Origin: Potamilus streckersoni
Lineage: Eukaryota
Assembly (NCBI GenBank): GCA_016746295.1
Contig: JAEAOA010001935.1
Location: 420,430 to 484,429 of the forward strand
Reading direction: 5' to 3'
DNA: 64,000 nt
The translations under genes were made by a program, and so were the position numbers. Below are positions 27,211 through 40,901 of the stretch, one piece after another (the stretch's first letter is position 1; every line of letters begins with the position of its first letter). The notes under the pieces are model-generated. The model did no database searches, was not told the DNA's origin, and saw only the letters and a list, made by a program, of their open reading frames with translations.

Positions 27211-27488
27211 GTAAGTGATCACTTAATTGTTTTTACACCCACTGGGCATTTCTTTATTTTTAGCACATAACCTTCTGAGGCAAACGGCCAGGCAGTCCCC
27301 AACTGCATACAGGTAGAGCGATCACCTTGGGCAGTTAGAGCCATATATGTATGCCCGAGACTTGTTTACAATACCAGACTTGCTGTTGTTTATAGCTTAG
27401 GCTCCCGGAAATAAATTAGTTCCATTTTTTACATTTTTTTTCATTCTTTGAGGTTAAAATTTAGCAAATTGTTCTCTATCAAATTGTC

Positions 27489-27652
27489 TGTGGGAGGTCA
27501 CGGGTTTAAACACCAGACAAAACATACCAAAGACTTGGCACTGTGGCACTAACTACTAGACATAACTATAAACAGCCATACAGCAGACATTGTAGCGGAA
27601 TGGCTGAAAAATTTATAAAGCTAGAAATCCAAATCAACGCACTATGATATTG
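27489..27652 (+). mobile_element. SINE family B copy with an internal deletion
   Basis: It matches the B head (gggaggtcacgggtttaaac) and tail (ataactataaac...gaaatccaaatcaacgcac) but lacks the central segment. Confidence 0.55.
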
Positions 27653-27806
27653 TTTGCATAATGTTATATATTTTACAACATGCAGAAGGAAAAAGCTCAC
27701 ACACAAGGGTTAAAAGAGTGATTTACATATATTCTTCTGTCATTAATAATCCACTAACCCATGAATAATACCATAGACTCAATGGTAAATTCTACTAAAT
27801 AAAATT

Positions 27807-28158
27807 AGGGGCCCCGAGTGGCCAAGTGGTCTAAAGCGCTGTCCGTTACGGATCACTGCCATCTCACCTCTATCTGCGTGGGTTCGAGTCTAGGATTCCG
27901 CGAAGATGGATATGTGAGAAAGCTTGCCAGTTGCTTCTCGTGGGTCGGTGGTTCTTTCTGGTGATTTCCCGGTTTCTTCCTCCACCATTAATACTGGCCA
28001 CCATGAATAGCCTATCGTGTGCTGAAAAATGCTTCTCGTGGGTCGGTGGTTCTTTCTGGTGATTTCCCGGTTTCTTCCTCCACCATTAATACTGGCCACC
28101 AGGAATAGCCTATCGTGTGCTGAAAAATGGCGTTAAGCCCAACAACAACAACAACAAC
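27807..28158 (+). mobile_element. SINE family A copy with a roughly 95-bp internal tandem duplication, flanked by a 15 to 16-bp target-site duplication (ctactaaataaaatta)
   Basis: The flank tctactaaataaaatta at 27791 to 27806 is repeated as actactaaataaaatta immediately after the (AAC)n tail at about 28159 to 28175. Confidence 0.8.
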
Positions 28159-29116
28159 TACTAAATAAAATTAAATGTTCAGTGCATAAAATAATTCATA
28201 TTTATGTACATTATACAGAAATTTTACTTGTTAATCCTTCTGAGCTTGAACTTGTTCCCACCTCATTTGAAAGCTAAAAGTAGCCATGACAGTTATGTTT
28301 TCCATTTATAATTTCTTTAGAACTCTATCCAGCACTTGAAACTAATGAAGCACTTGAATAAACTCAGATTTGTGTATGGTCATTCTGTAGTTCACATTGA
28401 AATGAAAAACATGAACCAAATTAAATCTTGCAAGCTCCAGCAAGTCTTTCTTCTGCAAAAGATCTGGGTGATATTTGTAAAGCTGTTCACACATAAATTA
28501 ATATTTTACATTTCCTGTTGTTGCTTCTGCTTAATGCATTGTTGAAATTGTTACTCTCTTTCATCATTTTTAAGATGCTTTCCTGTGGCCATTAACTAGT
28601 GTTGTCCTCTAATATTGCTGGTAGTCTCTGATAAGTGACTTTTATTCTTGGTCTGCTTGACATGGTGTTCCAATTTTCTCATTAATTCAGATCCGACCAC
28701 AACATGAAATAAAAATAATGTTGATTTCTCACTTGATTTGCATGGTCCACTATATTTCATGTTGTATTATAATATTGAATCTGGCTGCTGGATCTTCAGT
28801 GTACATCTATCTGCTTCTGGAAAATCCAAAAACACGCGCTGTATATTCCACTTACTGTGCTGTCTTGAATTGCCACTGAATCTTTCTGATGTTGCTGTAA
28901 TGGAAATTGTTGTTTGTTTGATCTTAGTGCCAATAAATACCTTTTCATGTGTTACTACTAATCCTGCCTCCCCTTATCTGCATCTTACCTGGGTAAACCT
29001 GAAATTCAATGGTGTAATCATTCACTGGGTCAGCCCTCACCAATACCTTGATTCAACACTTGACTGGCAAGAAGTTAATGACCGGAACTTGATTGCAGCT
29101 TCATCTTTCAATTAAA

Positions 29117-29960
29117 TTTTGATGGAGGTTGTAGTTCTCTATGCAGGTGTCTTGGATGGTGGCATACACTGGCCTAACATGAATAATTTTCATGTGACCT
29201 GGTTTAATTTTGATGGGGGTTGTAGTTCTCTATGCAGGTGTCTTGGATGGTGGCATACACTGGCCTAACATGAATAATTTTCATGTGACCTGGTTTAATT
29301 TTGATGGGGGTTGTAGTTTTCTATGCAGGTGTCTTGGATGGTGGCATACACTGGCCTAACATGATTAATTTTCATGTGACCTGGTTTAATTTTGATGGGG
29401 GTTGTAGTTTTCTATGCAGGTGTCTTGGATGGTGGCATACACTGGCCTAACATGATTAATTTTCATGTGACCTGGTTTAATTTTGATGGGGGTTGTAGTT
29501 TTCTATGCAGGTGTCTTGGATGGTGGAATACACTGGCCTAACATGATTAATTTTCATGTGACCTGGTTTAATTTTGATGGGGGTTGTAGTTTTCTATGCA
29601 ACCGTCTTGGATGGTGGAATACACTGGCCTAACATGATTATTTTCATGTGACCTGGTTTAATTTTGATGGGGGTTGTAGTTTCCTATGCAGGTGTCTTGG
29701 ATGGTGGCATACACTGGCCTAACATGATTAATTTTCATGTGACCTGGTTTAATTTTGATGGGGGTTGTAGTTTTCTATGCAACCGTCTTGGATGGTGGAA
29801 TACACTGGCCTAACATGATTAATTTTCATGTGACCTGGTTTAATTTTGATGGGGGTTGTAGTTTTCTATGCAGGTGTCTTGGATGGTGGCATACACTGGC
29901 CTAACATGATTGATTTTCATGTGACCTGGTTTAATTTTGATGGGGGTTGTAGTTTATCTG
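29117..29960. repeat. 91-bp satellite-like tandem array, about 9 copies, in MVP intron 4 (ttttgatgggggttgtagttttctatgcaggtgtcttggatggtggcatacactggcctaacatgattaattttcatgtgacctggtttaa)
   Basis: Copies are more than 95% identical, with a few point variants (gcaggtg/gcaaccg, ggcat/ggaat). Confidence 0.9.
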
Positions 29961-30400
29961 CAATTGTCTTGGATGGTTTCTTACACCATGTTTAGTGGGG
30001 TGTTTCTTTTTCCAATACATCAGAAAAATTACATAAACACAAAATATGAACAAATTAGGTCTCATTTTGCAGCAGACAGACCTTTACACTACATTGCCAT
30101 ATTTTCAGCATCTTTGGACATCACTTGTAATTTTCAGACATTGTTTTGGAAGAACTGAATTTTTATTTACCGATGTTTTCAGTCTTTGATAAATTAAGAA
30201 AGATTGATTAAAACCAGTTTTGGAAAGTGGAGGAAAGGTTTGTTATCTTTGGAAATGGTATTGGCAAACTACAGTATTATTTAAATTCTCACAAATTAGG
30301 TGAATCACATTTCTCTGTGCATAACTGACACTGAAGTAATCAAAATCATTTTATTTAATAACTATATTGCTGACCTGTTGGGAACAGTTAGAAGAATCTT

Positions 30401-30535
30401 ACCCTTTATTAAAAGAGAAAACCATTAACTCTTACCCCTTATTAAAAGAGAAAACCATTAACTCTTACCCTTTATTAAAAGAAAAAACCATTAACTCTTA
30501 CCCTTTATTAAAAGAAAAAACCATTAACTCTTAAC
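30401..30535. repeat. Roughly 33-bp tandem repeat, 4 copies (accattaactcttaccc(c)tttattaaaagagaaa)
   Basis: Direct repeats. Confidence 0.85.
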
Positions 30536-31650
30536 TACTAGTGCTGCTGTAGTGGCTCTTTGCTCTACCTTGCTTCTGGAATCACTACAGCTGATTTGTG
30601 GGCTGACCACCAAAGCTTGATGCTGCTGCAGCCAAATGATACTTTTAGTTGATTTGAGTTGGGGATATGGGCCAATTGTATTTAGTTATTTTAGGTATAA
30701 ATGGCTGTTTTAGATACTAAAATCAAACATATATAACTACCTTTTGTTTTGTGATTCTTTTATCCCACTGACTTCCAGAAGACTGATGAAAAAGCTCATG
30801 AATTGAACTTCGAACACACCATTTGTAACACTATAATTTGTCATTATTTTATAGTTTTATGTCAGATCTGTACATACACACAATTACATATAATTGATCA
30901 TTATGTTCTTCTAGTTCATAATTTGCTGTTTTGTTTTACACAGATAAACATCACACTCCTTGCACATTATGAGCACCTCATATTTCATCCTATTTCTATA
31001 CTTCATAATAATGCTTCTTTTTCATGTATTTTGCATCATAGTTGTTAGTTTTAGCCACAGTTCTTTGATTTTATACCAGGGAAAAATATTTCAATAGACC
31101 AGTCTGTTTCTTTTCTGATCTATCTGTCACTGAGTTTTGAGGCATGTAACAGGCAAGCAGATAAAACTGATATAGTGGATAGCAGTGCTTGTTTGCAAAC
31201 TGATTTATCAGACTGTGCAGGCACTTGTATACATCAGTGGTAGAGAAAGAGTTAAAACCAAAACTTTAATTTCAAAATTTTTGTTTAACACTTCTATTAT
31301 TAATAATACTGAAACTTGTGCATGGTCACATGTGGTGACATATATAGGAACTGGTTTCAGTGAATAAAAATATTTTCTTTAAATATTAAAGGGGTTGGCA
31401 ACCTGTAAAATACATGCCACAAGATGGAATGTGTACCATATTGTGGCACATCAAGAAGGGCCGCCAAAAATCTTGATTTTGATGGTGTTACTCCCTTCCT
31501 GGTAACACATGCTTATTCATTTTGTAATTAATCCGGAAAATTGGTGAAAATTGTTAAGTAAAATATTAGAATATTTGTTGCTTTCATCCTATATTTTTGA
31601 CATTACAATAATCTGAAATTTATATCACCATGTTTTTTTTACATTAACAG

Positions 31651-31776
31651 AAAGCTCTTCACTTGCGGTCTCTGCGAACATTTAAGGATGACTTTGGTGT
31701 GACCAGAAAGAACGGAGAAGAGTGGCTGATCACAATGAGTGATACGGAAACCCATATTCCAGGAGTGTATGAAGAG
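31651..31776 (+). CDS. MVP: MVP coding exon 5 ([42 protein letters not shown])
   Basis: The acceptor is cattaacag|AAA and the donor is GAG|gtaggt. The exon is 126 nt, in phase 0 at both ends. It resembles human MVP [42 protein letters not shown]. Confidence 0.85.
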
Positions 31777-32779
31777 GTAGGTTTCATCAAAGTTCAGAAC
31801 CAGTTTCACTAAAAGGTAATTTTTATTTCTGAAGTAACTAAGTTTTGTGTTTTGTCAAACCTGCTATGGTAAAATCTGGACATGGTGATTACATTGCATT
31901 CTTTTATTACATTGCATTCTTTTACATATGCATCATATAGCAGTATGTACATTCAGACGCATTCATTTTTAAGGTCAATAAATTTTTATATTAAATTATA
32001 CCGAGTTTTAAAGATTTTTTTTTTACTTGATAACTTTATAAAAGGCTGGCTTGACAAAAAATTAATATCTTACGACCTTCCTTATAGTAAAGCTTCAAAA
32101 TGGAGAGAATTAATTCATATATTTTAGGATTTTGTAATAGAAATCAATGTAAGGCATTTTAAAAATGTGCGGTGCTTAGTCTTGTTGGTAAAATTAGTTG
32201 TGTTAAATTAGAATTTTTTTGTTTATGATACTTTTGTAGTCTGTATAGATTGTTGAATCATCATTTTGAAGATTATTATTCTGTGTTTTTATTTTTAAAA
32301 TAACTCGTAGCCAAGTAATTTATTTCATAATTCTTGAGTGACACATTTTATCTTCATCTCATGGCAGCATTTTTGCTCCAAATTAAAAGGTATGTGTTTT
32401 ATCCAGAACATGCATTTTGTGTAAGAGAATATTATATATTCTTCAGCCAAGAAAAACTTTTGCCTCCTCATTGGAGAATGATGACTTCTTTATTCATTGC
32501 ATAGGAGTCTAGTAATTTGGGTGAAAATTAAAAAACTCACAAAACTTTCCACATGAAAAGTCTTGATCAAATCTTCTAACACAAACAGCTATGAAAACAG
32601 ATTATTTTGGTTGTTTAAAAAAAGTTTTTTCTCAAGGTAGGTATTGAATAAAGGAAAATAGGAGATCTGAATTGATACAATAAACTCCAGTTCAGGGGAG
32701 GTAACCATTGAGAGGTTGCACACTACCTGGATATTTTCCATTATTTATTATTGTACATTTTGTAATTTAAACATTGTAG

Positions 32780-32890
32780 GTTGTTGGAGTTGTCAACATC
32801 ACAACCTTGACCAATCGTCAGTATTGTGTTATCTTGGACCCAGTCGATGACAAGGGGCGACCACAGCTTGGGAAGAAAAAGCTGGTTAAG
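32780..32890 (+). CDS. MVP: MVP coding exon 6 ([37 protein letters not shown])
   Basis: The acceptor is attgtag|GTT and the donor is AAG|gtaatt. The exon is 111 nt and matches [37 protein letters not shown]. Confidence 0.85.
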
Positions 32891-33350
32891 GTAATTTGAC
32901 TCTTAGCAAATGGATATCTTGTTATATATACGATTTTTTATAATACAGTGAGTCTGTCTTAAGAGATATGGCTCTTGAGAGATATGGCCACAGTTTCAAT
33001 AAATATATGAAATTCTCTTCCTCAGATTGATATTTCCTAATGATTTGTATTAATAGGTTGAAAACTTTAAAGAGGCATCATGAGTTAAAATTCAGTAAAC
33101 AATGTTAATTTTTTTTAAATAGTTCTATTGTCACAGAAAAATTTCAAAAACTTCTTGTTTAAGAAATTTTTTTTAAAAAATTTATGAGAATAAAAAGGTC
33201 AAAAATGATAGGCATTTTCCAGAACAGTGGCCAGTAATGTTGGTTCAGATCTTACTATATAATTGATGCTGTATTGTGGACAACAAAATTGGAGTCTGTG
33301 AACACTAAGAAATTTTTTGTCTTAACATGTTTTTGATGGGACCTAGGTGG

Positions 33351-33520
33351 TATTGTGATCTAAGGCACTTAATGTTACAGATCAGCCACACGTCTCACCT
33401 TCGTCTGCTTGAGCTTCATCTCATTCAATGTGGGTATGTGAAAAAGCCTGCCAGTAGCTTCCCATGGGTTGGTGGTTCTTCCTGGGTTCTTCTTTTACAA
33501 ATAGACTGGCAGCCATTTTT
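33351..33520 (+). mobile_element. Diverged fragment of SINE family A
   Basis: About 70% similarity to the family A core (cactgccatctcacct...gtgggt...gtgaga aagc.tgccagtagcttc.cgtgggt.ggtggttctt). Confidence 0.5.
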
Positions 33521-33966
33521 AACCTATAATGTGCTGAATAAAATGACATTAATCCCCTCAAGAGTATTTTGAACTACTGGTCATAGACCATATGAGCTTG
33601 AGGGATGGCCAGTTGTCTATCGTCAGTCCTTGCATTAGCAGTTTTTGCTTCTTGTCCTTAAACTACACCAAACGATTACTTTACACACATTTAGATGGAT
33701 CTAAATGAAAAAGGTGCCACCTGGATCTAGATATCAATTACAATCATCATAGTGCCATCTTGTAAATTTTGTATTCATTAATCCTGGATGGAAGATCATA
33801 TTGATACTGGGTTTTCACTTTGAGACGTCGTATAATGTATGGTTAGTTCTTAAGACTCGTGCAAACTGAACAGCCATCTTTACAGTCCTGTTATTGCTAC
33901 TCCACCTGAATAAATGATAATAATCAATGTGGGGCTTTTCATTTAAATACTTTTCCACCTGGGGCC

Positions 33967-34466
33967 CGGGGCCCCGAGTGGCAGAGTGGTCTAAAGTGCT
34001 GTCCTTTACGGATCACTGCCATCTCATCTCTGTCTGCGTGGGTTCAAGTCTAGGATTTGGCGAATGTGGATATGTGAGAAAGCTTGCCAGTAGCTTCTCG
34101 TGGGTCGGTGGTTCTTTCCGGTGATTTCCCGGTTTCTTCCTCCACCATTAATACTGGCCGCCATAAATAGCCTATCGTGTGCTGAAAAATGTCATTTAGC
34201 CCAAAAACAACAACAGTTGGGGCCCCAAGCGGCCAAGTGCTTTCAATTGCTCACCATTGCAGATCATTGCCATCTCTTTTCTGTCTGCATGGGTTTGAGT
34301 CTTATGCTCAGCCTGTGTAGGTACATGAGAAAGCTTACCAGTAGTTTCTTGTGATTTGGTGATTCTTTCCAGGGTTTTCCCCGAGTTCATTTGCCAAAAT
34401 ATTTATACTGGCTACTATGAATAGCCCTCCTTGTGCTGACAAATGGTGTTAAATCCTACAACAACA
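33967..34466 (+). mobile_element. Two SINE family A copies in direct tandem (33967 to 34214 and 34217 to 34466), the second more diverged
   Basis: The second copy begins in the (AAC)n tail of the first, so the two heads and two (CAA)n tails abut each other. Confidence 0.7.
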
Positions 34467-36108
34467 ATTTTCCCAGATAAAATCTTTAGTAGAATAAGGT
34501 CTTGTTGCAAATCAGAGGAAGAGAAATTATGTCAAAGCTTTTCGTGGCCAGATAATTGTATATGAAAATCGTACATAAAAATACTTTATTTTGTGAAATT
34601 GGACCCTGTATTGACTACTCTAAGGTAATAATTTATGCATGATTTTTGTACTACTGGCTGTCACCCCAAGGTTATTCAAAACCTATGACTTAAACCAAGT
34701 AAAATCTGGTTTTATGGGTAGAGAGTTATAACAACATATTTAGCAGATTTTATGAGTTCATTATATTGCTTCAACTTTGAAATTATAGACATGTTTCATA
34801 CAACATTGAAAATTTCTTGAATTTGTGTGCTCAGATGTCCTTGAATTTGTTGGAGAACTCCCTGGTATTTCCCCAAAACATCTTTAATTTACCTGAGGGA
34901 ATACATAATGTTAAAAGTAAATAAAAAGGATCATTTTTTACATTCAGAATATATCTTATTTGCTTATTTGCCAAAAATGATGAATTAATAAATAATTAAA
35001 TGTGATATTCTTGGGTCAGTCAGATCTCATGGATAGTTACCAGACAAAGCAGCAGCCCTTTGTTGTATTGACTTGCTAATTAGTTGCTGGTGGTGGGGGG
35101 TGATTCTAATTTTGTACCTGTTTATACAGTGATAAACAAATTGACACATAAATTTTCAATTTCTGTAAGAAAATTTTTTCTTAACATTTGCTTGTACAAA
35201 CCATGTATTGAAAAAGATGTTTTTTTGAAAAAAAAAATTTGTATACCTTTTATGCTCAATCACAGTAGACATGTAGGTTGTATAGTTTATTGGTTTTGGG
35301 GGTGGGGGTAACAGCTTCTCAGCATAATGCTGAATTGTAGTGTTACATACAAGTTAAATTGAAAAATTTTAATAGTATTGAAAATTTAAATTTATAAAGT
35401 TTTCCAAAAGTTTATTGTTTGGTTGCTTGGTTTAACAGTATCACAGCATAATACTGACCATATAGGGTCAATTTACAAGCTAAAATGAAAAAATTGGTAA
35501 AGATCACAAATTTAAATTTAATATAAAAATTTTCACAAATTTATTATAAATAGCACTGATTGTTATTCCATTGTCAAGATCACTGTTGTCTCAACTTTTT
35601 GTCTGCTTAATTCTTAAAATAGCCACTGGAGACTGCTACAAACTTTAAATTAAACTATCTAATTATTAATTATGCTTGCTGTGGAGTTTTATAAAAAATA
35701 ATGATTTGTATGAAATAGTCTTCTTAATAGAAGCTTGTAAATTGATTATTTTGAAATTCAGTATATTATGAACTTCACAGAAGAGAGTATGACCTGGTGT
35801 TGATATTCAGTCGCTAATTAGTTAGTAAAGGTCTGGGTTGATATCACTTAACCATTGCAGCCAACTACTCTGATGTTTGGTCAGCAATATTAAAACTGTT
35901 TCAGATTTTTGTAAATTTTGAAAAGTAATAAGTATGCCTACTCAGAAGGTAATATTTAAATACTTATTTTTCATTGCAGTTAAGGAAACTTCTTCCTGGT
36001 TATTTATTTTACATTGTCATGCCGTTTTTGGAGTGTATGGCTGACTGTGGAGAAAATGAAAAGAAAACTACAATGTTTTTCACATAGTATTATGACCTTT
36101 TTTGGCAG

Positions 36109-36234
36109 GGTGAGAAGTCCTTCTTTTTGATGCCTGGTGAGCACTTGGAAAAAGGAATTCAGAATGTGTACATCATGGGTGAGGATGAAGGACTGATTCT
36201 TCGGGCCAATGAGAAATTCACAGATACAGAAGAA
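36109..36234 (+). CDS. MVP: MVP coding exon 7 ([42 protein letters not shown])
   Basis: The acceptor is ttttggcag|GGT and the donor is GAA|gtatgt. The exon is 126 nt and matches [25 protein letters not shown]. Confidence 0.85.
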
Positions 36235-37320
36235 GTATGTGTACATTTAAATTGCAAAACCATGCTTTTTAGAGTAATTGAGTTCTAGGAAGTCCAGCAA
36301 GTTAAGCATGTTTGCTATTAAAAATTTTTTAAATCATTATATTGATATGATGGGACACTCAATTATAAACACAAGCAAACAATACACCATTTATTTTTTT
36401 TGCAAGTGGCCAATAATATCAGTTACCCTTGCATTAGTGATGCTGCCCTGTCCCACTCATGAAAAGACCCAACCATATGTATCAGCTGTGTGCAAATCTA
36501 TCCCCTTTTAGTGTTCACATTTGATCTAACTTTTTTTCAGAACATTATAAGTTAGAATTATGTTTAGGTTAGCTTCACTAACAATAGACCGATTCCTTAG
36601 AGACCAGCTTGAACATCTATTTTAGACTATTCTTTTGAATAGCACAATGAATTTTAATTAAATTTTATATCATTGTTTGTTTGGACATGTGTTATAATTG
36701 CGTCGTTAGCCAGGTGATTTCGTAGCTTTGTTTGCTGCTGGCTGGAAATCCAATTGTTAACTTGTTCACTAGAATGGCTGAGCTGATTTTGATTAAACTT
36801 GGTAGACAAATGTTTCTCAGGGCATCCCTTTCAAAAATATTCTGTATTTGCTCTGCTAGAAGGATTCTTAGAACATGCTCTTTCAAATAATGTCTGGGTT
36901 GCCTCACTTTGCAATGGTGCTTCATCTATAGCATTTATGTGATGAAACTATTTTCAACTTTGTCAAGAAGGCCAGTGTCTTCAAATTTGGTTGCAAAGTT
37001 TAATCCAGGTGGCTTCCCAAGCAACAGTTGGACTTCCTTACCATGCAGATGGGCAAATGATTTTCCACTTCTTTTTTTGGATGGATATAAATCCTATTTT
37101 AATAAACTTGGCATTAATTGCAACTTGAAAATGACACTTAACTCTCATCAAATATGGCTATAGAATTAATGTATTAAAAAATTTGCCTAGAATGACATTC
37201 TTCCATACAAGACAAAATATGACAGGTTGAGTCCTTTAAACACCTTTCATATTTATACAAAACATGCTACTGCAAGTTACTGTAAGTTGAACAGTTAAAC
37301 AACACGTGATCAGTTTTTAC

Positions 37321-37595
37321 TAGCTCAGATGTAGAGGTCGTGGGTTAGAACCCCGACTGAGTCATACCAGAGACTTGTAATAATGGTACTTGCAGCTGCC
37401 TCACTAAACGCTCAGCATTAAACGGTTAATGTTAGGACTGGTTGGCCTGGTATCAGGATAATGCAACTGGGTGAGACATCATGTCTCCATGTCTGCAGCA
37501 GTGCTAGACATAACTATAAACTGTCACTGTAGACATCATAGTGATTGAACTTAAGTTCCTTTAAAAACTGCGTTGAAAATCCAAATCACACAAAT
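37321..37595 (+). mobile_element. SINE family B copy, 5'-truncated
   Basis: It is collinear with 21172 and 44425 from gaggtcgtgggttagaacccc through gaaaatccaaatcacaca. Confidence 0.65.
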
Positions 37596-38320
37596 ACTCA
37601 AACTTATTCTCTCCATCAATCCATCTATTCAGTACTACATTCTCATTTCTTAGGCAACACTCAAAAACCATTTAAGATTTCTATATAAAACTTTGTTTCA
37701 ATATTCATTGGTTTGTTCATCCACATATTATTCACACTTTAATTTCCAAAGCACAAAATTATTCAATATGTCTCTCTAAAATGATACACATTTTAGACCT
37801 TTGGTCTAGGTGTCTCTTTAAAATTTGGTATACAATTTAGACCTGGGGTTCAAGATTTGCCTGTTGCTATTCACAATTCCTCATTTTTAATCTTATATTT
37901 GAGTCTCTAGACCATCCTTGCACTGATCCATTATTCACACCATTTTTCAAGGACAAAATTAAAGAACCATTAGATATCTCTTATGATATTGGATACAATG
38001 ATTGAACTAGTATATGTACCTTTACTGTTCATGATATTTAATTAAAATATTTTTTATGATTTTTCTCATTTCTTCTTCCCTTCCTCCATTATCCACACTT
38101 TTGTTTATTGAGCAAGACAGCAATGCCATGCAACATTTCAATATGAAATTTGGTAACTGCACTAAATTGGCAGTGTAGATTGTATTTTTCTTTTCAGACT
38201 TCTTTAATTTCAGTGTTATTTTTTGTTTCTATGTTTATTCATCCATCCATCATTCACACTTTCATTTCTGGAACAGAACAAAACATGTGATTATCATGAC
38301 TATCACTTCTATACTTTGTG

Positions 38321-38396
38321 CATACTTTCTATACTTTGTGCATACTTTCTATACTTTGTGCATACTTTCTATACTTTGTGCAAACTTTCTATATGT
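38321..38396. repeat. 20-bp tandem repeat, 4 copies (tatactttgtgcatactttc)
   Basis: Perfect direct copies. Confidence 0.9.
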
Positions 38397-38950
38397 GGAA
38401 TCTTCAACAATCATTCTGTTTCCTTGACAACGTTTTGGTGGGTCTGAAAATATAGGCAACTCCAATCATCATATTTTTCTGTTTTATCATCTCCCCATTA
38501 TGCATTGGTATGTGTCGGTCTTTTCCACCATTAGGCCCATTTGGAAGTGCTGCCTCTGCAAACAGGAGAGGCAACAGGGATAAATAGATAACCAATCTTA
38601 TATCTTTTTTTTGACAACTGCTTATTAGTGTTGTCTACATACTATACAATTTAGAAAATTTTTTTAAAAAAAATACCACCAGAAGACATTTCAACCAGAT
38701 TTGATACAAATGTCAAGCAAATAATGTACATGTGTATTTTGATATTTTTAATTTACCAAATTCAATAGTTTTTTTCTTTTACCTTGGAAACTAAGTGTAA
38801 ATTGGGTTGTATATAAATTGAGTGCTTAGGATACAAACAGTATTAATCTATATGCAAGCAAGAGGATGTCTTCTCTGGTACGTTATCTTTAGAGGACTCT
38901 TATTTTGTAATTGTAACGTAATTAAAATTGTAATCATTCTTGTATTGCAG

Positions 38951-39339
38951 GATCAGGAACGTAACCCAGGAGACAGATGGATGATCCGTGGGCCAAAAGA
39001 ATATGTCCCTCCGGTTGAGGTAGAAGTGGTGATGAGGAGAAAAGCAATACCTCTGGATGAGAATGAAGGTATCTACGTCCGTGACATTAAGACTGGTAAA
39101 GTTCGGGATGTCACTGGGGAGACATATATGCTTAGCCAGGATGAGGAATTATGGGAGAAGGAGCTGCCACCTGCAGTTGAGAACCTTTTGAGTCAAGCTA
39201 AAGACCCTTTGGCTGATAGAGGAGACCGTGCGAAGGGTGAAGCACCTTCAAAGCCCCGTGACAAGACAAAAGTTGTTACTTTCCGTGTGCCTCATAATGC
39301 TGCAGTGCAGATTTATGACTACAAAGAGAAGAAGGCTAG
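38951..39339 (+). CDS. MVP: MVP coding exon 8 ([27 protein letters not shown]...[18 protein letters not shown], ending on a split Arg codon)
   Basis: The acceptor is tattgcag|GAT and the donor is CTAG|gtatga (phase 2). The exon has long collinear similarity to the MVP shoulder domain ([19 protein letters not shown]...PLADRG...[16 protein letters not shown]). Confidence 0.9.
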
Positions 39340-40141
39340 GTATGAAAAGTTTGTTTCTCATTTCTTTTGTTCCTTTTTGAAGTTGATTTTAACTTATTCG
39401 GGTCCAGTTTATCTTAGGTGGATGTCCTCCAATCCCCAAGATTATAAAAGCATTCTCATGTTCCAATCGCAGATTTGATTTAAAACTGATGTTTGATTGG
39501 CTAGCATCAAATACCTGTCCATTCTTACATGAGAACTTTTTTTATTCAATCCTGAGTTCAAGAATGGAAATGCATTCTTATTAAAGAGCAGTCTTAGAAA
39601 TGTTCATAAATATATTCCTTTAGACATGTGTTAGCTACAGGAGAATAATAGCATTACTGTATGTCCGCTAGACACTTTACTCCAGTTGTCTTTGCACTAA
39701 GTAGTAACCTACCTGTGTTACTACACTGTGAAACACTAAACAAACTGTCCACATTAGGATAAGTAATTAAATTGGTATGTTCATTTCTCTCGTGATTATT
39801 TGGTAAAATATTTGTTTTGTTAATTCTTGATACTACATTTGCATGTTAATAAAATAAAACATTTCCAGTTTTCTATGCACAAACGTTGCCTTGTGCATTT
39901 TTTCTTCATTTTAAATGGTGATTCAGTCTTGTTCACAGAAATGATAATGAAAAGACTTGCCTAAGAAATTTAAAATTTAAATAAAATTATGTACCAAAAT
40001 TTAAATCCTATTTTGCCATATTTGCAGAAGTACAAATTTATGTGTATGTTATGATTGTTTCATTTATGATTGGCTCTGATGCAGACTGCAATTTTTAAAA
40101 AAACGTGACATTTGCAGTTCAGTTTTATTGTTTTTATTCAG

Positions 40142-40339
40142 AGTTGTGTTTGGTCCAGAGCTGGTGATGTTGGGACCAGATGAACAGTTCACGCAACTGA
40201 GTCTCTCAGGAGGAAAACCAAAAAAGCCAAATGTAATCAAGTCACTATGCTTACTGCTAGGACCTGACTTCTGTACCGACATTGTTGTTGTGGAAACTGC
40301 TGATCATGCCAGACTCTCTCTCCAGCTCTCCTATAATTG
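40142..40339 (+). CDS. MVP: MVP coding exon 9 ((R)[66 protein letters not shown], split Trp)
   Basis: The acceptor is ttattcag|A, completing the AGA codon. The donor is TTG|gtaagt (phase 2). The exon matches [25 protein letters not shown]...[12 protein letters not shown]...[16 protein letters not shown]. Confidence 0.9.
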
Positions 40340-40759
40340 GTAAGTTGCCATATTGGTTGCCCTTTGTCACATTGGGTAGTGGAAATATAATTTTTGGATG
40401 AAAATGTGATTTTATCATGTTGATCTAAAATACATTGGTTTGTGTGATGGTCCTGTCTGGAGTTATAGTGTTTAAAGAAGGTTATGTCATCATCGTCATT
40501 ATCAATATCGTCATTTCTGATGTCATCAACTATCAAAAAGGATATCATGACTTCATTTTAATTATTCATAATTAATGTTAATCATTCAGTAGGAAAGTAA
40601 GACATGAATCGTAAATATTGCTATTTAGATTTTCTCAAAGGAATGTCATTAGAAACAAATTCATTGGTTACAGGTTTTGCATGTGGAGATTTTATATTAT
40701 GCTCCGACATACACATGGAGATTTTATATTATGCTCAGACATGTCATTATTAATTTCAG

Positions 40760-40901
40760 GCACTTTGAGGCTGATAAATCCAGCAAGGAAGATGCTGACA
40801 AGATTTTCAGCGTACCAGACTTTGTCGGTGATTCTTGCAAGGCTATTGCCTCACGTGTGAGAGGTGCCGTAGCACAAGTACAGTTTGATGACTTTCATAA
40901 G
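40760..40901 (+). CDS. MVP: MVP coding exon 10 ((W)[47 protein letters not shown])
   Basis: The acceptor is aatttcag|G, completing the TGG codon. The donor is AAG|gtttgt. The exon matches [33 protein letters not shown]. Confidence 0.9.
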
